Source of the DNA: Octopus sinensis
Lineage: Eukaryota
Assembly (NCBI RefSeq): GCF_006345805.1
Contig: NW_021833047.1
Span: forward strand, 22,952-86,951
Length of the DNA: 64,000 nucleotides
Direction of reading: 5' to 3'
Shown: piece after piece, positions 40,758 through 54,010 of the stretch
How positions within the stretch are numbered: the first letter of the stretch is position 1
Layout: the number at the start of each line of letters is the position of its first letter
The notes under the pieces: generated by a model
Told to the model about the DNA's origin: nothing
The model's input: the letters and a program-made list of their open reading frames with translations, nothing else
The model's database searches: none
Program-made: the position numbers and the translations under genes

Positions 40758-41129
40758 CGGAGAGAGAGAGAGAGAGAGAGAGTGAGCGAGAGTGAGAGAG
40801 AAGACGTGGGGAGAGTGAGAGAGAGGAGTACAGCTAATTATATACACACGACTGTAAAAAAAGTATATAGATAAGTAGACAGTTAATTAGGTAGATAGGT
40901 TAGATAGTTCTATGAATAGATGGATACATACATATATCAATCCAAGAACAAGCAATAAAAAACAACGCGAGGACGTGGAACAAGTACTGTGTTATTAGAC
41001 GCTCAGAAAAGGAAAGAAAATGAAAGAGGAACTCACACTTCGAGCGGAGCTCTTCATCAAAGATATAGAAAAAGCCCAAAGACTTCCTACACATGTGCGT
41101 TGGAGAATGGTCAGTAGCAAGGTGTTTAA

Positions 41130-41790
41130 CTTGTAGTTTGAAGTATGTGTGTGTATGCGTGTATGTATTTGTTGTGTGTGTCTGTGTGTGTGTGTGTGTT
41201 TGTGTGTGTGTGTACGCGTGACGTTGTGTGGGGGGATGTGTCTGTTGTGTAAATGTAAGTTACTCTGTGTGTGTGTGTGTGCGTGTGAGTGTATGTGCGT
41301 GTGTACATGTGTGTATATGTATGTGCGTGTGTATTTTGTGTGTGCATGTGTGTGTGCGTGTGTATGTTTGTATGTGTGTGAGAACGTTGGGTTGTGTGGG
41401 GAAGTATATGTGCGATTTTTTGCGCGTGTATGTGGGTGAGCGTGTGTATGTGTATGTAGTTGTGTGTGCGTGTGTATATGTGAGTATGTGTAAGCGGGTG
41501 TGGATACGTGTATGCGAGGGGTTGTGAGTGTTAGGTATGTGTGCATTCATGTGCGTGTGTGCGCGTGCGATGGCGTGCGCATGTGCGTGTGTGTGTATGT
41601 GCGCCTATATGTGTATGCGTATATGTATGTGTGTGCGTATATGTATGTTTGTGTATGAGTTTTTGTATCCGTGTGTGCGTGGGGTTGTATGTGGGGTTGT
41701 GTGTGGCGTTTGTGTAGGGGCATATGTGCGTTCCTGTGTGTATGTGCGTGCGTGTGCTTACGTGCGTGTGTGCGTGTATATGCGTGTGTG
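41130..41790. repeat. Degenerate (GT)-rich simple repeat
   Basis: Directly visible. Confidence 0.85.
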
Positions 41791-42440
41791 TATTAGGTTG
41801 TCAAGAAAGTTCTTGCGGTTTTTAGTCTTTAAATTCAGATGCACATATCTCGGTTCAAACAAAACTTTATTAATTGAATTAGACACCATCAGAATCAACC
41901 CACTTTTGCCAAGATTTTTTTATGCCAGTAGCGTAAAATCCTGTGTTCTGGTGGTGATGAAGTTGTTGAAAGCATGTTTGGCATTGTCTTGGCTTTTGAA
42001 GTATTTCTCACATAGGAAGTTGTCGAGATGCTTGAAAAAGTGGTAGTCGGTAGACGAGAGGTCTGGTGAGTATGGGGGATGAGGCAGAGTTTCGTAACCC
42101 AATTTGTTAAACTTCTGCAGGGTCAGCTGTGCGACGTGCGGCCAAGAGTTGTCGTGGAAAAGAATTGGTCCTTTTCTATTGACAAATGCTGGCTGTGATT
42201 ATCGGAGTTTCTTATGTATTTCATCCATTTGCTGAGAGTACATCTCCGCTGTAATGGTTTCGTCTGGATCCAAAAAGCTGTGATGGAGGAGACCGGCCAT
42301 AGACCACCAAACAGTCACCATGGCCTTCTTTTGGTGCAACTTTGGCTTCGGGAATTGCCGTGGGGCTTCTTCGGCGTCCAACCACTGAGCTGAGCGACGC
42401 CGGTTGTCGTAAAGAATCCACTTTTCATCGCGTTGTTGGT
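41791..42440 (-). mobile_element. Mariner 3' fragment (Hsmar1/Mos1-like)
   Basis: WILYDNRRRSAQWLDAEEAP...PKPKLHQKK and HPPYSPDLSSTDYHFFK, with an ITR-like TATTAGGTTGTCAAGAAAGT at 41791. Confidence 0.85.
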
Positions 42441-42444
42441 GAGT

Positions 42445-42830
42445 GAAAGATAGTGTCTAAGGGTGAGGCTTCGTCTCATGATTTTGAAGAGGAGACCAGA
42501 TCTTTTGGCCAGGATGTCAACCTCCGTGCTGTAAGCGAGAATGCCCTTCAACTGTATCACTTTTCTTGGCAAACCTACTGTGAGCTCTCCTACCTGTCTT
42601 TTGGTGATCACCTCATCCCATCTACCTTTGGATTCAAACAGAGTGACTCACTTGGTCCTTCTCTATTCACATTGGGTATTGGCAATGTTACCAAGATGAT
42701 AGCCGACCTAGACTTAACTGTCTGGTACCTCGATGACGCTTGTTTGGAAGGCTCTCCTGACGAGTTGTTTGCAACTGGGAGGGCAATGAATGAGGAACTT
42801 GGTTGTAGGAACCTTGCATTTGTTGATTGC
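42445..42830 (+). mobile_element. CRE-like non-LTR RT fragment
   Basis: FKQSDSLGPSLFTLGI...VWYLDDACLEG; WYLDD is typical of CRE-clade RTs. Confidence 0.55.
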
Positions 42831-43238
42831 CCCTCGTTCTATCGCGGTTCATCCTTCGTCAGCCAGAGGCTATAGCAGAAGACTCCTGCTCGTGTTTCCA
42901 AGCAGTGGAACTGAACCCAGAAACATGTCGTTGGGGAGCAATCTCCTTACCATATAGTCACACATATATAAAACACACATATGCACACGCATACACAAAC
43001 GCAAACATACACACGCAGACACACATATGTGAAACATGTGTGATCAATAGTTGTGTATTTGCTTAGTCCATCAATTGACATCTTTTATGGCCAAGTTGCA
43101 CTCAATCATTTGGTAAAGAGTAAAGGAAACCATTTAGGGGTGGCATAACAGTCTAAAGCTTTTCAAGGTGGTACCTCAGTACCGTCTAAATAGACTGGGA
43201 CTAAAAGTAAAAAAATTATAAAACGAATTTGCACTTAC

Positions 43239-43469
43239 TTCTATTTATTTCAGTGTAAATGTCACCATCGAGGCAACTCAAACTTGCATGGGTATGGTTA
43301 TAGGTTGACATGTAGCAAGCTTTCAAATGAAAGGTGTAGTCAAACGATTGACAGTTTGGTATTGCTTCACAAATGTAGAAACACTGCGTATAATTAACAC
43401 CATACGTGACACCCAAAGTATTGCTACCAGAAATGTAACCGTTGTAAACAAAATCCACCGGACATTTTC
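43239..43469 (-). CDS. Internal PAN/apple-domain exon (KCPVDFVYNGYISGSNTLGVTYGVNYTQCFYICEAIPNCQSFDYTFHLKACYMSTYNHTHASLSCLDGDIYTEINR)
   Basis: tttattctttcAG acceptor, GTAAGT donor, 231 nt, phase 1-1, and a six-Cys PAN pattern. Confidence 0.8.
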
Positions 43470-43559
43470 CTGAAAGAATAAAATATAAATGAACGTTTTG
43501 GTTCGGTTTTCGTAATTGCGGTGGGGTGCTTTTATGGTGAAGTGTTTTATTGATTTAGA

Positions 43560-43754
43560 TTAATGAGAAATAATAAGTATATAAAAATATTGGGTAAAGA
43601 TATAATAATAACGATAATAATGATAATAATAATGATAATAATAATGATAATAATAATGATAATAATGATAATAATTATGATAATAATATTAATAATAGTA
43701 AAAATAATAATATTAATAATAGTAAAAAAAAAAAAAATAATAATAATAATAATA

Positions 43755-43793
<39 letters not shown>

Positions 43794-43800
43794 AATAACA
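43560..43800. repeat. (AAT)n/(GAT) microsatellite; others at 46610-46700 and 48840-48978
   Basis: Directly visible; these tracts bracket the Dong-like LINEs. Confidence 0.9.
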
Positions 43801-43804
43801 TCCA

Positions 43805-46606
43805 AAACAAAATACAAAAAATGAAAAAAAGATCTGTCGATTCTTAATGAAATCAGTAGACAATAAACGCTACTGAGCAACAAAAAGAAAACAAAAATAC
43901 TCCGCAAATATAACATCACGGAAAAAGATTTACCTGAGATAAAAGAAAAACTGAAGCAAGATATCCTTGCCAAAGCACAAGAATCCGCCGGTACGAAAAA
44001 CGCCAGCGCTTCTTTGAACAAAACAAAAAGTTCAACTCCAACCCCAAAAAGTTCTACCAAGAACTGGTCAAAAATAAAATAGAAGTCACTGAAGCACCAA
44101 CGGCAGAAGAATTGGAAGAATTCTGGAGAGAAATATGGTCGGCGAACGAACAACCAAAGAAAAGGAGTATCAAAATAACAAACTCGGCATCTGAGCAACT
44201 TTGGACCCCCATAACAACCGAAGAGGTCACCCAGGCACTGCAAAGACTAAGCAAGTGGAAGGCACCTGGGCATGACAAGATCCCCAACTTCTGGTTGAAA
44301 TATCTAACAGGAATGCACAAAAAGCTGGCTGAAAACTTTAACAACATACTAGCAGAGCCAGAGACAATGCCTGAATGGCTCACGAAGGGGAAAACCATCT
44401 TAATTCCCAAATCAAATGAGACAGCAAAACCAGAAAACTACAGATCAATAACCTGTCTCCCTACTATGTACAAGGCATTTACTGCAGTGATAGGCTGAAC
44501 AAGCACCTGAACGAAAACAAACTGTTTCCAGAAGAGCAGAAAGGATGCCGCAAAGGCTCATATGGCTGTAAAGATCAACTAATGATTAATAAAGCCATAA
44601 CTGAAGACAGCCACAGAAAGAAGAAAGGCCTCAGTATGGCCTGGATCGACTACAAAAAGGCGTTTGATAGCATCCCCCCACACATGGATCCTCGAAACAC
44701 TAGCCATTAACAAAGTAGCACCAATAATTATAAAATTCATAGGGCACTCTATGAATAAATGGCAAACAGTCCTACACCTCCAAACAAAAGAGAGACTCAT
44801 GAAAACCAAAGACTTCCCCATTAGAAAAGGAATATTCCAGGGAGACACGCTCTCTCCACTCCTTTTCTGCTTTGCACTGTCACCTCTATCTGATATGCTA
44901 AATAGAACTGGATGCGGATATAATGTTACGGCAAAACGATCAGCCACCTTTTATATATGGATGACCTAAAACTATACGCTGCAAATGACAAACAGCTGGA
45001 AATACTATTAAAGACAGTTCATGGATTTACCAAAGAAATAGATATGAAATTTGGATTAGAAAAATGCGCCAAAGTAACCATGAAAAAAGGAAAACTAGTT
45101 AAGAGTAGCAACATCACACTAGATAAAACCAATGAAATAAAAGAATTAGACCAAAGCCAAACTTACAAATACTTAGGAATCCATGAACTAGATAAGACAC
45201 AACACACACAAATGAAAGAGAAAATAAAAAACGAATATTATAGACGAGTTAGATCAATACTAAAAACAGAGCTCAATGCTAAAAACAAGATAATAGGTAT
45301 CAACACTTTAGCTGTCCCAGTTATAAGTTACAGCTACAATATCCTTAACTGGACACGAAATGAACTGTCCAAAATAGATAGGAAAACAAGAAAAATAATG
45401 ACAGGATCTAGGATGCATCACCCAAAATCTGACATAGAAAGACTATATATACAACGTATAGAAGGTGGTAGAGGCCTTATACAACTGGAAAACTACTATA
45501 AAATAACCACCATAGGACTGCAAAAATATCTACTTCAGAAGGAAGGAAAACTGATACAAATAGCGGCAAAACACGAGCAAAACAAAACTGTACTCAGTAT
45601 TTAAGGAAGCTGACAAATACAAACAAGAAATCATACCACCTAATAAATATGAAGAAGAAGAAGAAGAAGATGAAGAAACAACAAAAGCTATAAAACAAAT
45701 GAAATCCAAACTAAAAATAGAACACCAACGAACCATGATAAAACGATGGCAAGAAAAGCCCCTTCATGGTAAATACTGGACTAAACTAAACGCAAAAGAA
45801 ATAGACAAAGAAAAATCCCAGCAATGGTTGAGAAGCTCAGGACTCAAAGCAGAAACAGAGGGATTTTTAATTGCAGCACAAGACCAAAGCCTCCCCACCA
45901 GGAATTACCAAAAACATGTAATGAAAAGAAATATACAAGTAACTGCAGAATATGTGGAGATGGACAAGAAACAATAAATCATATTATCTCTGGCTGCCCA
46001 GTCCTGGCTAAGAAGGAATATATTCACAGACATGACAGAGTTGGAACCTACATACATTGGAAGCTATGCCAACATTATGGAATAACAACAGAAAAAAGAT
46101 GGTATAGGCACACACCAGAAAAGGTCACAGAAAACGAGAAAGCAACCATACTCTGGGATATGCCGATACACACAGATAGAGAAATTAAGGCCAACAGGCC
46201 AGATATAGTTGTCAGAGATCATGAAGAAAAAAAATGCTTTCTAATTGATGTATCAATACCGGCAGATGACAACGTGTCTCTAAAAGAAATGGAGAAACTC
46301 TCAAAATACAAAGACCTGGAAATAGAGGTAACCAGAATGTGGAATCTAAAAACAGAAACAATTCCTATCATAGTAGGTGCATTAGGCATGATAAAAAATA
46401 TTCAGACAAATACATAACAAAAACACCAGGACTTACAAACACATATAACAAACAGAAAATTGCACTACTAGGCACTGTACACATCCTACGCAGAACACTT
46501 TCCATACAATAACCATCAGAGCATCACAACAAATCACAGCACATACCCAAGGCACACAGAGCTGCACTCGGTAGTGAAGTGAAAACACGCTATAAAAATA
46601 AAACTA

Positions 46607-46610
<4 letters not shown>
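43805..46610 (+). mobile_element. R4/Dong-like LINE, 5'-truncated, frameshifted
   Basis: RT (DYKKAFDS, GIFQGDTLSPLLF, MDD), CRICG...ETINHIISGC, RPDIVV...LIDVSIP...KLSKYKDL, and a (TAA)n tail. Same family as 1-2025. Confidence 0.9.
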
Positions 46611-46665
<55 letters not shown>

Positions 46666-46702
46666 TAATAACAATAATAATAATAATAATAATAACAATA
46701 AC

Positions 46703-48810
46703 AAAGGGTGCCGCCGAGGCTCTTACGGATGCAAAGATCAACTGCTAATTAATCGTATGATCCTTGAGAACTGTCACAACAAGCGCAGAAATCTCAGCTC
46801 CTCATGGATTGACTATAAAACGTCGACAGTATACCGCATCCATGGATCTTGAGATCGCTGGACATCTTCAAAATTTCCCCTGTGATTTCAAACTTCCTGA
46901 AGCACAATATGTCGTTGTGGAATACGAATCTCCAATTATACCACTCTAATGGAGTACTTGCCTCAGAAAATATAAACATCAACTGTGGAATTTTTCAAGG
47001 TGACTCACTTTCACCTTTAATATTCTGCATAGCCCTAATACCCCTTACAAGTGAATTAAACAGAACAGGGTATGGGTATAAAATTGCCAATAAAAAAATA
47101 AGCCATCTATTTTATATGGATGACATAAAACTTTATGGTAAAGACAATAATGAACTTGAAGGCCTATTGCGCACTGTGAAAGCATTCAGCGATGACATCG
47201 GGATGGAGTTTGGACTTGAGAAGTGTGCCAAGGCCACTTTCCAGAAAGGGAAAGTGAAGACCACAAATTCAGTCGTGTTAGATGTTGGCACAGTCATAAG
47301 AGAGCTTGAGCAAGAACAAACATACAAATATTTAGGGATAAATGAAGGCTCTGGTATTCAGCATGCAAGCATGAAAGAGAAGATCAGGAAGGAATGTTAT
47401 AGGAGAGTTCGTGCAGTCCTGAAATCTGAACAAAATGCTCGTAACAAGGTGTTAGCTATAAATTCCTTAGCAGTTCCAGTTGTTACTTATAACTACAATG
47501 TGTTGAACTGGAATATGAGTGAAGTAAAGAATATAGATAGGAAAATACGCAGGCTGCTGAGTTGTAATAGGATGCACCACCCAAAGGCAGACGTAGATCG
47601 CCTTTACCTTTCCAGAGCCCAAGGAGGTCGAGGCCTGATCCAATTTGAACTAGCTTACAAAACAACCACAATTGGACTGGCCAAATATCTCGAAATAACG
47701 AATGACTGGATGCTAAAGCTCGTGGAAAATCACGAGAGACGAAAGAAGCTTCATTCTATCATAAAGGAAAGCAAAAAATTTGCTATTGATCTCGTGCAGG
47801 ATACCCAAACTGAACAACCCGAGGGAAGTACGGCAACTATTGCTGCAAAGAAGGTGAAAATAATGGCAACGAAAAAAGAGCATGAGCAATTGGCTGATAG
47901 GTGGGAGGAGAAACCTCTGCACGGCAAATATGTGACCCGCAGCAAACAAGCTGATGTTGACCAGAAGCAAACCCATCAGTGGCTACGGAGCTCAGGGCTA
48001 AAAGCAGAGAGCGAAGGTTTCATCCTGGCTGCTTAAGATCAAAGCCTATTAACCCGGAACTACCAGGCCAATGTGATGAAAAATGGAGCAGACCCAAAAT
48101 GCCGATTCTGCAACGACATGATTGAAACAGTGGACCACCTAATCTCTGGATGTAAAGTCTTAGCACCAGTGGAGTATAAATTAAGACATGACAGTGTTGG
48201 CCAATATCTACACTGGCTAATAAGTCGGCATTACAATATCAAAACTGCCGACAAGTGATATAATCACCACCCTGAGGCTGTAACTGAAGGAGAAAATGTA
48301 ACGATTCTGTGGAACTTTCCAGTACATACAGACCGAACCATCAAGGCCAATAAACCAGATATTGTTGTGAAAGACCAAAACAATAAAGTTTGCTTACTGA
48401 TCGACATGAGCATCCCCTGTGATCATAATATCTCAGCGAAAGAGTTTGACAAGCTCAGAAAATATAAAGACCTACTCATTGAAATTGAGAAAATGTGACA
48501 TCTCAAGGCGGTTACAATACCAGTGATCGTAGGAGCACTAGGAATGATCAAGAAGGGAACCGAAAATTATATGAGAATGATCCCTGGCTTACCATCCCTG
48601 CAAGGATTGCAAAAAGATTGTCTTAACTGGTACATCACACGTATTGAGAAGAGCATTGTCGATGTGAGAACTGTTGCTGCTCATGTATTTTAATATAACT
48701 TAAAAAAAATAAAAAAATGAACGAACTATTGAGTTTTGTTTAATGGCCTACCAATGTATACTATGAGTTTCTTTGTCCTAGGAGTCGGGAAGACGCTCGG
48801 CAAGAAATGG
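46703..48810 (+). mobile_element. Second R4/Dong-like LINE, 5'-truncated at KGCRRGSYGCKDQ
   Basis: GIFQGDSLSPL and YMDD (46849-48036), CRFC...HLISGC, KPDIVV...LIDMSIP, with an (AAT)n tail at 48840. Confidence 0.9.
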
Positions 48811-48851
48811 AAGCAAATTTGAAAGAAGAAAAAAAAAGTAATGATAATAAA

Positions 48852-48897
<46 letters not shown>

Positions 48898-48912
48898 GTA
48901 ATAATAATAATA

Positions 48913-48947
<35 letters not shown>

Positions 48948-49311
48948 TATTATTATTATTATTATTATTACTATTATTGCAACAACACTAGTTTCTATAC
49001 TTGGACATAGAAACGATCTTGTTTAGAGAATTTAAAACTTTAATATCTACAATTTTCTATGAAAATTTTACCCCTTTTTCCTTCCTGACTGCTCGAATAT
49101 GCAAACATACCATTTATTGCAAGAAATTAAACGCACGATATAAATAAATGAGACCAACACCTGCCAATATATACAAACTGCACAATTACGAAAACTATAA
49201 ACTACAGAAAAACCTATAAAAAGAAAATGAAAACATAAAAAATTATCCCGCCCCTAAACCGCATAAAATTTAAAAAATCAACGATGTGTGTGTGTGTATA
49301 TATATATATAT

Positions 49312-49776
49312 ATACTAAGTAATTAAGGGTTTAGCAACGATTTGCCTCACCACAGACCGAATTTAGAAATAGCAGTCAAAGAGTTATAGCTATTCTTTCT
49401 ACTAAAAGGGAGATCTCAGTAAAACCACAGCACTTGAAAGGCAAACACAGACAGGCAAGAGAGAAAGAAATGACGGCAATCTATCATACAATTTTAAGTC
49501 ACCTACGGACGTACGTTTCGAAATTAAGTTTTAGGAAAGCATAAGATGCTTTCCTAAAACTTAATTTCGAAACGTACGTCCGTAGGTGACTTAAAATTGT
49601 ATGATAGATTGCCGTCATTTCTTTCTCTCTTGCCTGTCTGTGTTTGCCTTTCAAGTGCTGTGGTTTTACTGAGATCTCCCTTTTAGTAGAAAGAATAGCT
49701 ATAACTCTTTGACTGCTATTTCTAAATTCGGTCTGTGGTGAGGCAAATCGTTGCTAAACCCTTAATTACTTAGTAT
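49312..49776. repeat. Apparently perfect palindrome: 231-bp arms and a 3-nt loop (AAG, 49543-49545)
   Basis: The arms are equal in length and no mismatch was found by eye. It contains CGAAACGTACGTC and is preceded by (TG)(TA)n. Confidence 0.95.
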
Positions 49777-49873
49777 TACTTAAACTTTCCTCGAATGAGG
49801 CTTTTACATGCCGAAATCTACTTGGTGAAATTAATGATTATTCCAAATTAATTGATTTCACCCTATATTATTA

Positions 49874-49941
<68 letters not shown>

Positions 49942-49947
49942 ATACTA

Positions 49948-50017
<70 letters not shown>

Positions 50018-50289
50018 TATTATTATTATTATTATTTTTCTATCAATAATTAAAAACAGAAGGTGAATTGTTTCTTTCCAATGCCAAGTTCAGCGCTCTC
50101 ATTGATCGCTGGTTGTAGTAACACATTTGAAGTCTGTTGACTGCAAGCGTGTGACGTTTCTTTTGTTCCCTGATCGCACAGGAATGCGAGGCTCCATTGC
50201 TGATCTCCTCCTCACCATTTACAGACTTGTGGAATTTGGTCCATTTACCAAGCTGCTTCTCTTTCTCCTACTATCTCCTCAAACCCATA

Positions 50290-50745
50290 CATATTTATGT
50301 TTATCTCAAGAACAAGACAAACGTCGAAGTTAAACAACATTTAAGGAGCAAAGAGTGCATCTCAAGACGGTTACAATACCAGTGATTGTAGAAGCACTTG
50401 GGACGATCAAAAATGGAACTGAAAATTATTTGAGAATGATACCTGGATTACCATCCCTGCAGGAAGCGCAAAATATTGTCTTAACTGGTATGTCACACGT
50501 ATTGCGTATTGAGAAGAATATTGTCGATGTGAAATTTCTTTCCCGTTTTGTCCTATATTTTTTCTGTTTACTGTTATATTTTATATCTTTTCTTATCTTT
50601 TTCTTCTACTTTTTTCTATCACATGACTTTGTAGCTGAACAATTTGGTGTGATTATTTTAAAGACCTATAAATGTATACAGTGCGTTTCTATGCTCCAGG
50701 TGTCAGGATGGCACTCAGCAAGAGAAGGAAACAGAATTGAAAGAA
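50290..50745 (+). mobile_element. Short 3' RLE fragments of the Dong-like family
   Basis: HLKTVTIPVIVEALGTIKNGTENYLRMIPGLPSLQE matches about 48490-48650. Confidence 0.7.
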
Positions 50746-51399
50746 GATAATAATGAAAGTGATAATAATAATAATATAATAATAATAATAATAATAATAA
50801 TAAGAAGAAGAAGAAGAGAAGAAGAAGAAGAAGAAGAAGAAGAAGAAGAGAAGAAGAAGAAGAAGAAGAAGAATTAATGGAAACCATAACGAAACCAAGC
50901 AAAAGAACGGCGGTCGGTTAATCATAACTCTTGTAAGATGGTTGATTTAGAAGTCACACACAAACGCAAACACACACTCTACTATGCAACACCCCTCCAA
51001 AAACATACAAGAATAAACTCATACTGCAAATATCCAACAAAATTGACAAAACCCACAACATGTGTCATAGAAGGTTGATAACCGACAGAAGAAGACAACC
51101 TGCGCTACACAAACAACACACAAGATAAAAACTAACAGAATCGAAGACTCAAAAAAAAGCCCATAAGAAAACGTACTGATACAATGCAATATCTCTTCCC
51201 CACCACCAATAAAATGCAGCATAGCACCCCACCGTACAAAAGTACAACAACTGATGAAATAGAAAGATATTGAGAAATAATAGTGGTGATGACGATGGGG
51301 ACGAACGTTACCTTACCTATGTTTATGAGAGACAGGAGTTTCTGAAAAACTTGGTTGTAACAGCGAAAATGAAGCTGGGCCTTTAAGCGATGGCCTCTC

Positions 51400-53110
51400 G
51401 CTTGGTAGTGGTTCAGTAAAGATGCAGACTGACCACAACTGTCATCCTAATACAGCATCTGCAGATAACAGAGCAAAGAGGAGGAAGTGGACCAGCAAAG
51501 AAAGCAGGATAGCGATACAATGCTACTTAGAAAGTGAACCTAAAAGAAGGGGATATATAATACGGATGTTAACACTTTGGGTAGAGAAGGGTTTGTTTAA
51601 AGTGACTGAGCAGAGATTAGTTGATCCAGCTAATGCTATTAGGAGAAGAAAGTGGCTGACAGAATTGGAAGTAGAAGAGATCATAAGAGAACTAGAAAAG
51701 AAAGACGTAGCAGTGGGAAAGACAAACAGCAGCATAAGAGATACAGTTCCAACCAAAGAAGAAGAGGAAGATCAGAAGATTTTAGATGCGTTGCGGGATG
51801 TAATGAGTAAAGAAGTAAGAAAAAGAACGCCAGCATTAAAATGCCTAACAAAAGGAAGCTGCTAGAAATGACCAGAAAAATAGATTCTATTATCAGGAGG
51901 ATAGATACTAAAAATATAGAAGACACTAGTTTATTTATGCAGGAGAGGTAGTAGTCACCAGAAGATTAGATATCTCCCAGGGAGAGATTAGAAAAAAAAA
52001 CAAATGTGGAAAAGGAGACTATAAAATAAAATGAAGACTTTAAGAGAAGATCTAAGTTGAACAGAAACCTGGAAAATAAACGAGTTAGAAAACATAACCT
52101 TCGTATTTCCCACTTTAAATCGTCATAGTTGTTTATTTTTTCTTCTTCTTTCACATTGATCCTTTTGTCACTGGGTTATAATATATCAATTATCATAAAT
52201 GTTCTGTCCTTTTTATTCACCACAACAGTCCGGTTTCCGATGTCTGGTCAGGTGATTGCACAAGATTTTGCAGTTCTCATTTTCGGTGTCACCTTCTGGG
52301 TTTTCTCACACACCACGTGTTTGCTCTTTGTAGGCCGTGATTTCCACAGAGCTCCCATAGGATCATTCTTGCTACATTGTCATGTATTCGCGTTGTGCCA
52401 ATTATGACATTCGCTAACGATGTGACATACCATTTCACTCCTCTCACCACCCATTCTGCATTTGTCACTATCGGTAGTGTTGCCAATTCTGCACTTCATA
52501 TAATTGGTCCTTAACACTTTTATTGAGCTGCGCACATGAGTGTTTCTGTCTCTAATTTCAAGTCACTCCTTACCCCTAGCTACTGGTCGTCTGTATCTGT
52601 GTTGGCGTTCACATCTCTTGCAAACTTGTTCGTTTCTTGTTTAAAATTTTTTTTAGTTATACAATTTTCATTTTTGATGACACCAGCCTTCTTCATGTAT
52701 TTCAACAGGGACACAGGAAATTTTTCATATTCCATCCAAGGCTGTTTTCTTCTGCCTTGGTACAGACCTAGCAACTGATCAAACCTCTCCCACCCTTCCT
52801 TCTGAACAAGTACAGCCTATCGGTTTCACTATTAGGGTGGAAAACTCCTTGTATTGTCAATATTTTTCATTTCTTTCTTTTGCCATTTTATAATTCCCGC
52901 TCCATACCGAAGTGATGATATCGCCCACGTATTAACTGCTTCGATTTTATTTATCCAGTCAATTTTCAGCGCACCAACAACCTCAGTCTTTGGAAAGACT
53001 CCATCCTCAGTCGCTCTTTCACTTCCTTTTCTATTATTTCGTTGCACTCTAGTACACCAAGTAATATATATTCTTTCATTCCAATTTGCTTAATCAAGTC
53101 ACTATTCGGT
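51400..53110. mobile_element. Rearranged RLE-LINE remnants: a plus-strand 5' part (51400-52095) followed by minus-strand pieces (52100-53110)
   Basis: RRKWTSKESRIAIQCYLES on plus; NKIEAVNTWAISSLRYGAGII and HDNVARMILWELC on minus. Confidence 0.65.
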
Positions 53111-53189
53111 AATTCTAACCCGCTAGGGACTGTACCTGGTTTATTTTTAGGCTGATTATTCCGCACGTCTTAAGTCCAAATTTCATTCT

Positions 53190-54010
53190 AATATCAGTAC
53201 TAAAACAGTGGACCGTATTCACCAAGGAACTCACTTGTGTCTCAAATAGGCATCCGACCAATTCTTCAACGCGAAACAGGGAGGTTGAGTTGTCAGAGGT
53301 AAGGCACGAGCACTTAGACACGAAGGGACGAAAGCCGTTCAATGATCTGCAATGGTAGAGGCACAGTGTGGCAGTAAATCCACGATTCGATGCTTGCCGG
53401 GTCATGACGAACAAACGATAACTAATCCGTGACAGATGTGTGCGGCCTTTCAGCAGCGCTTCGCCCAACAGTCCGAGAGTAGCGGTGACCGAGTCACAGG
53501 ATGGGTTTCACGTATTACCTCGACAGGATGCTGCGGCTCTCGACGACGAAGGCGGAGCACTGGGAAAGGCCGATAACAGCCTTTGCAATATGGGAAGCAA
53601 TGGCTAACTACACGAGGTGTAAATCGTCTGGTTTGGATGGTCTGCCCTACCAGTTTCACGCTTATACATCAGACTTGTTGGGCAACCTCTTAGCAAACGT
53701 TTACTGGAAGTGACGGCAGAATGAGAGAATTGTTAGTTTTGTGAGCCGAGGACCGGTGTCGTTGCTGAGGAAAAACACGAACAAGGGGAATTGTATTGAC
53801 AACTCTAGGCCCATAACTCTGCTGAATGCAGAGTTGAAAAATTTTAGCGAAGCTGTTAGCTACGAGGTTGGCGCTTGTCGACTGGGATCTGGTAGGGGGC
53901 ACAGACATACGTCATCCAGAAAAGATATATCACCGACAACCTTGACGTTTACTGAGTTTACTGACATGATCAATAGAGAACCACTGGCAAAGTTCTCAAA
54001 CGGCATAAAA
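53190..54010 (+). mobile_element. L1/Tx1-like LINE RT fragment
   Basis: KSSGLDGLPYQFH and NSRPITLLNAELK. Confidence 0.65.
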
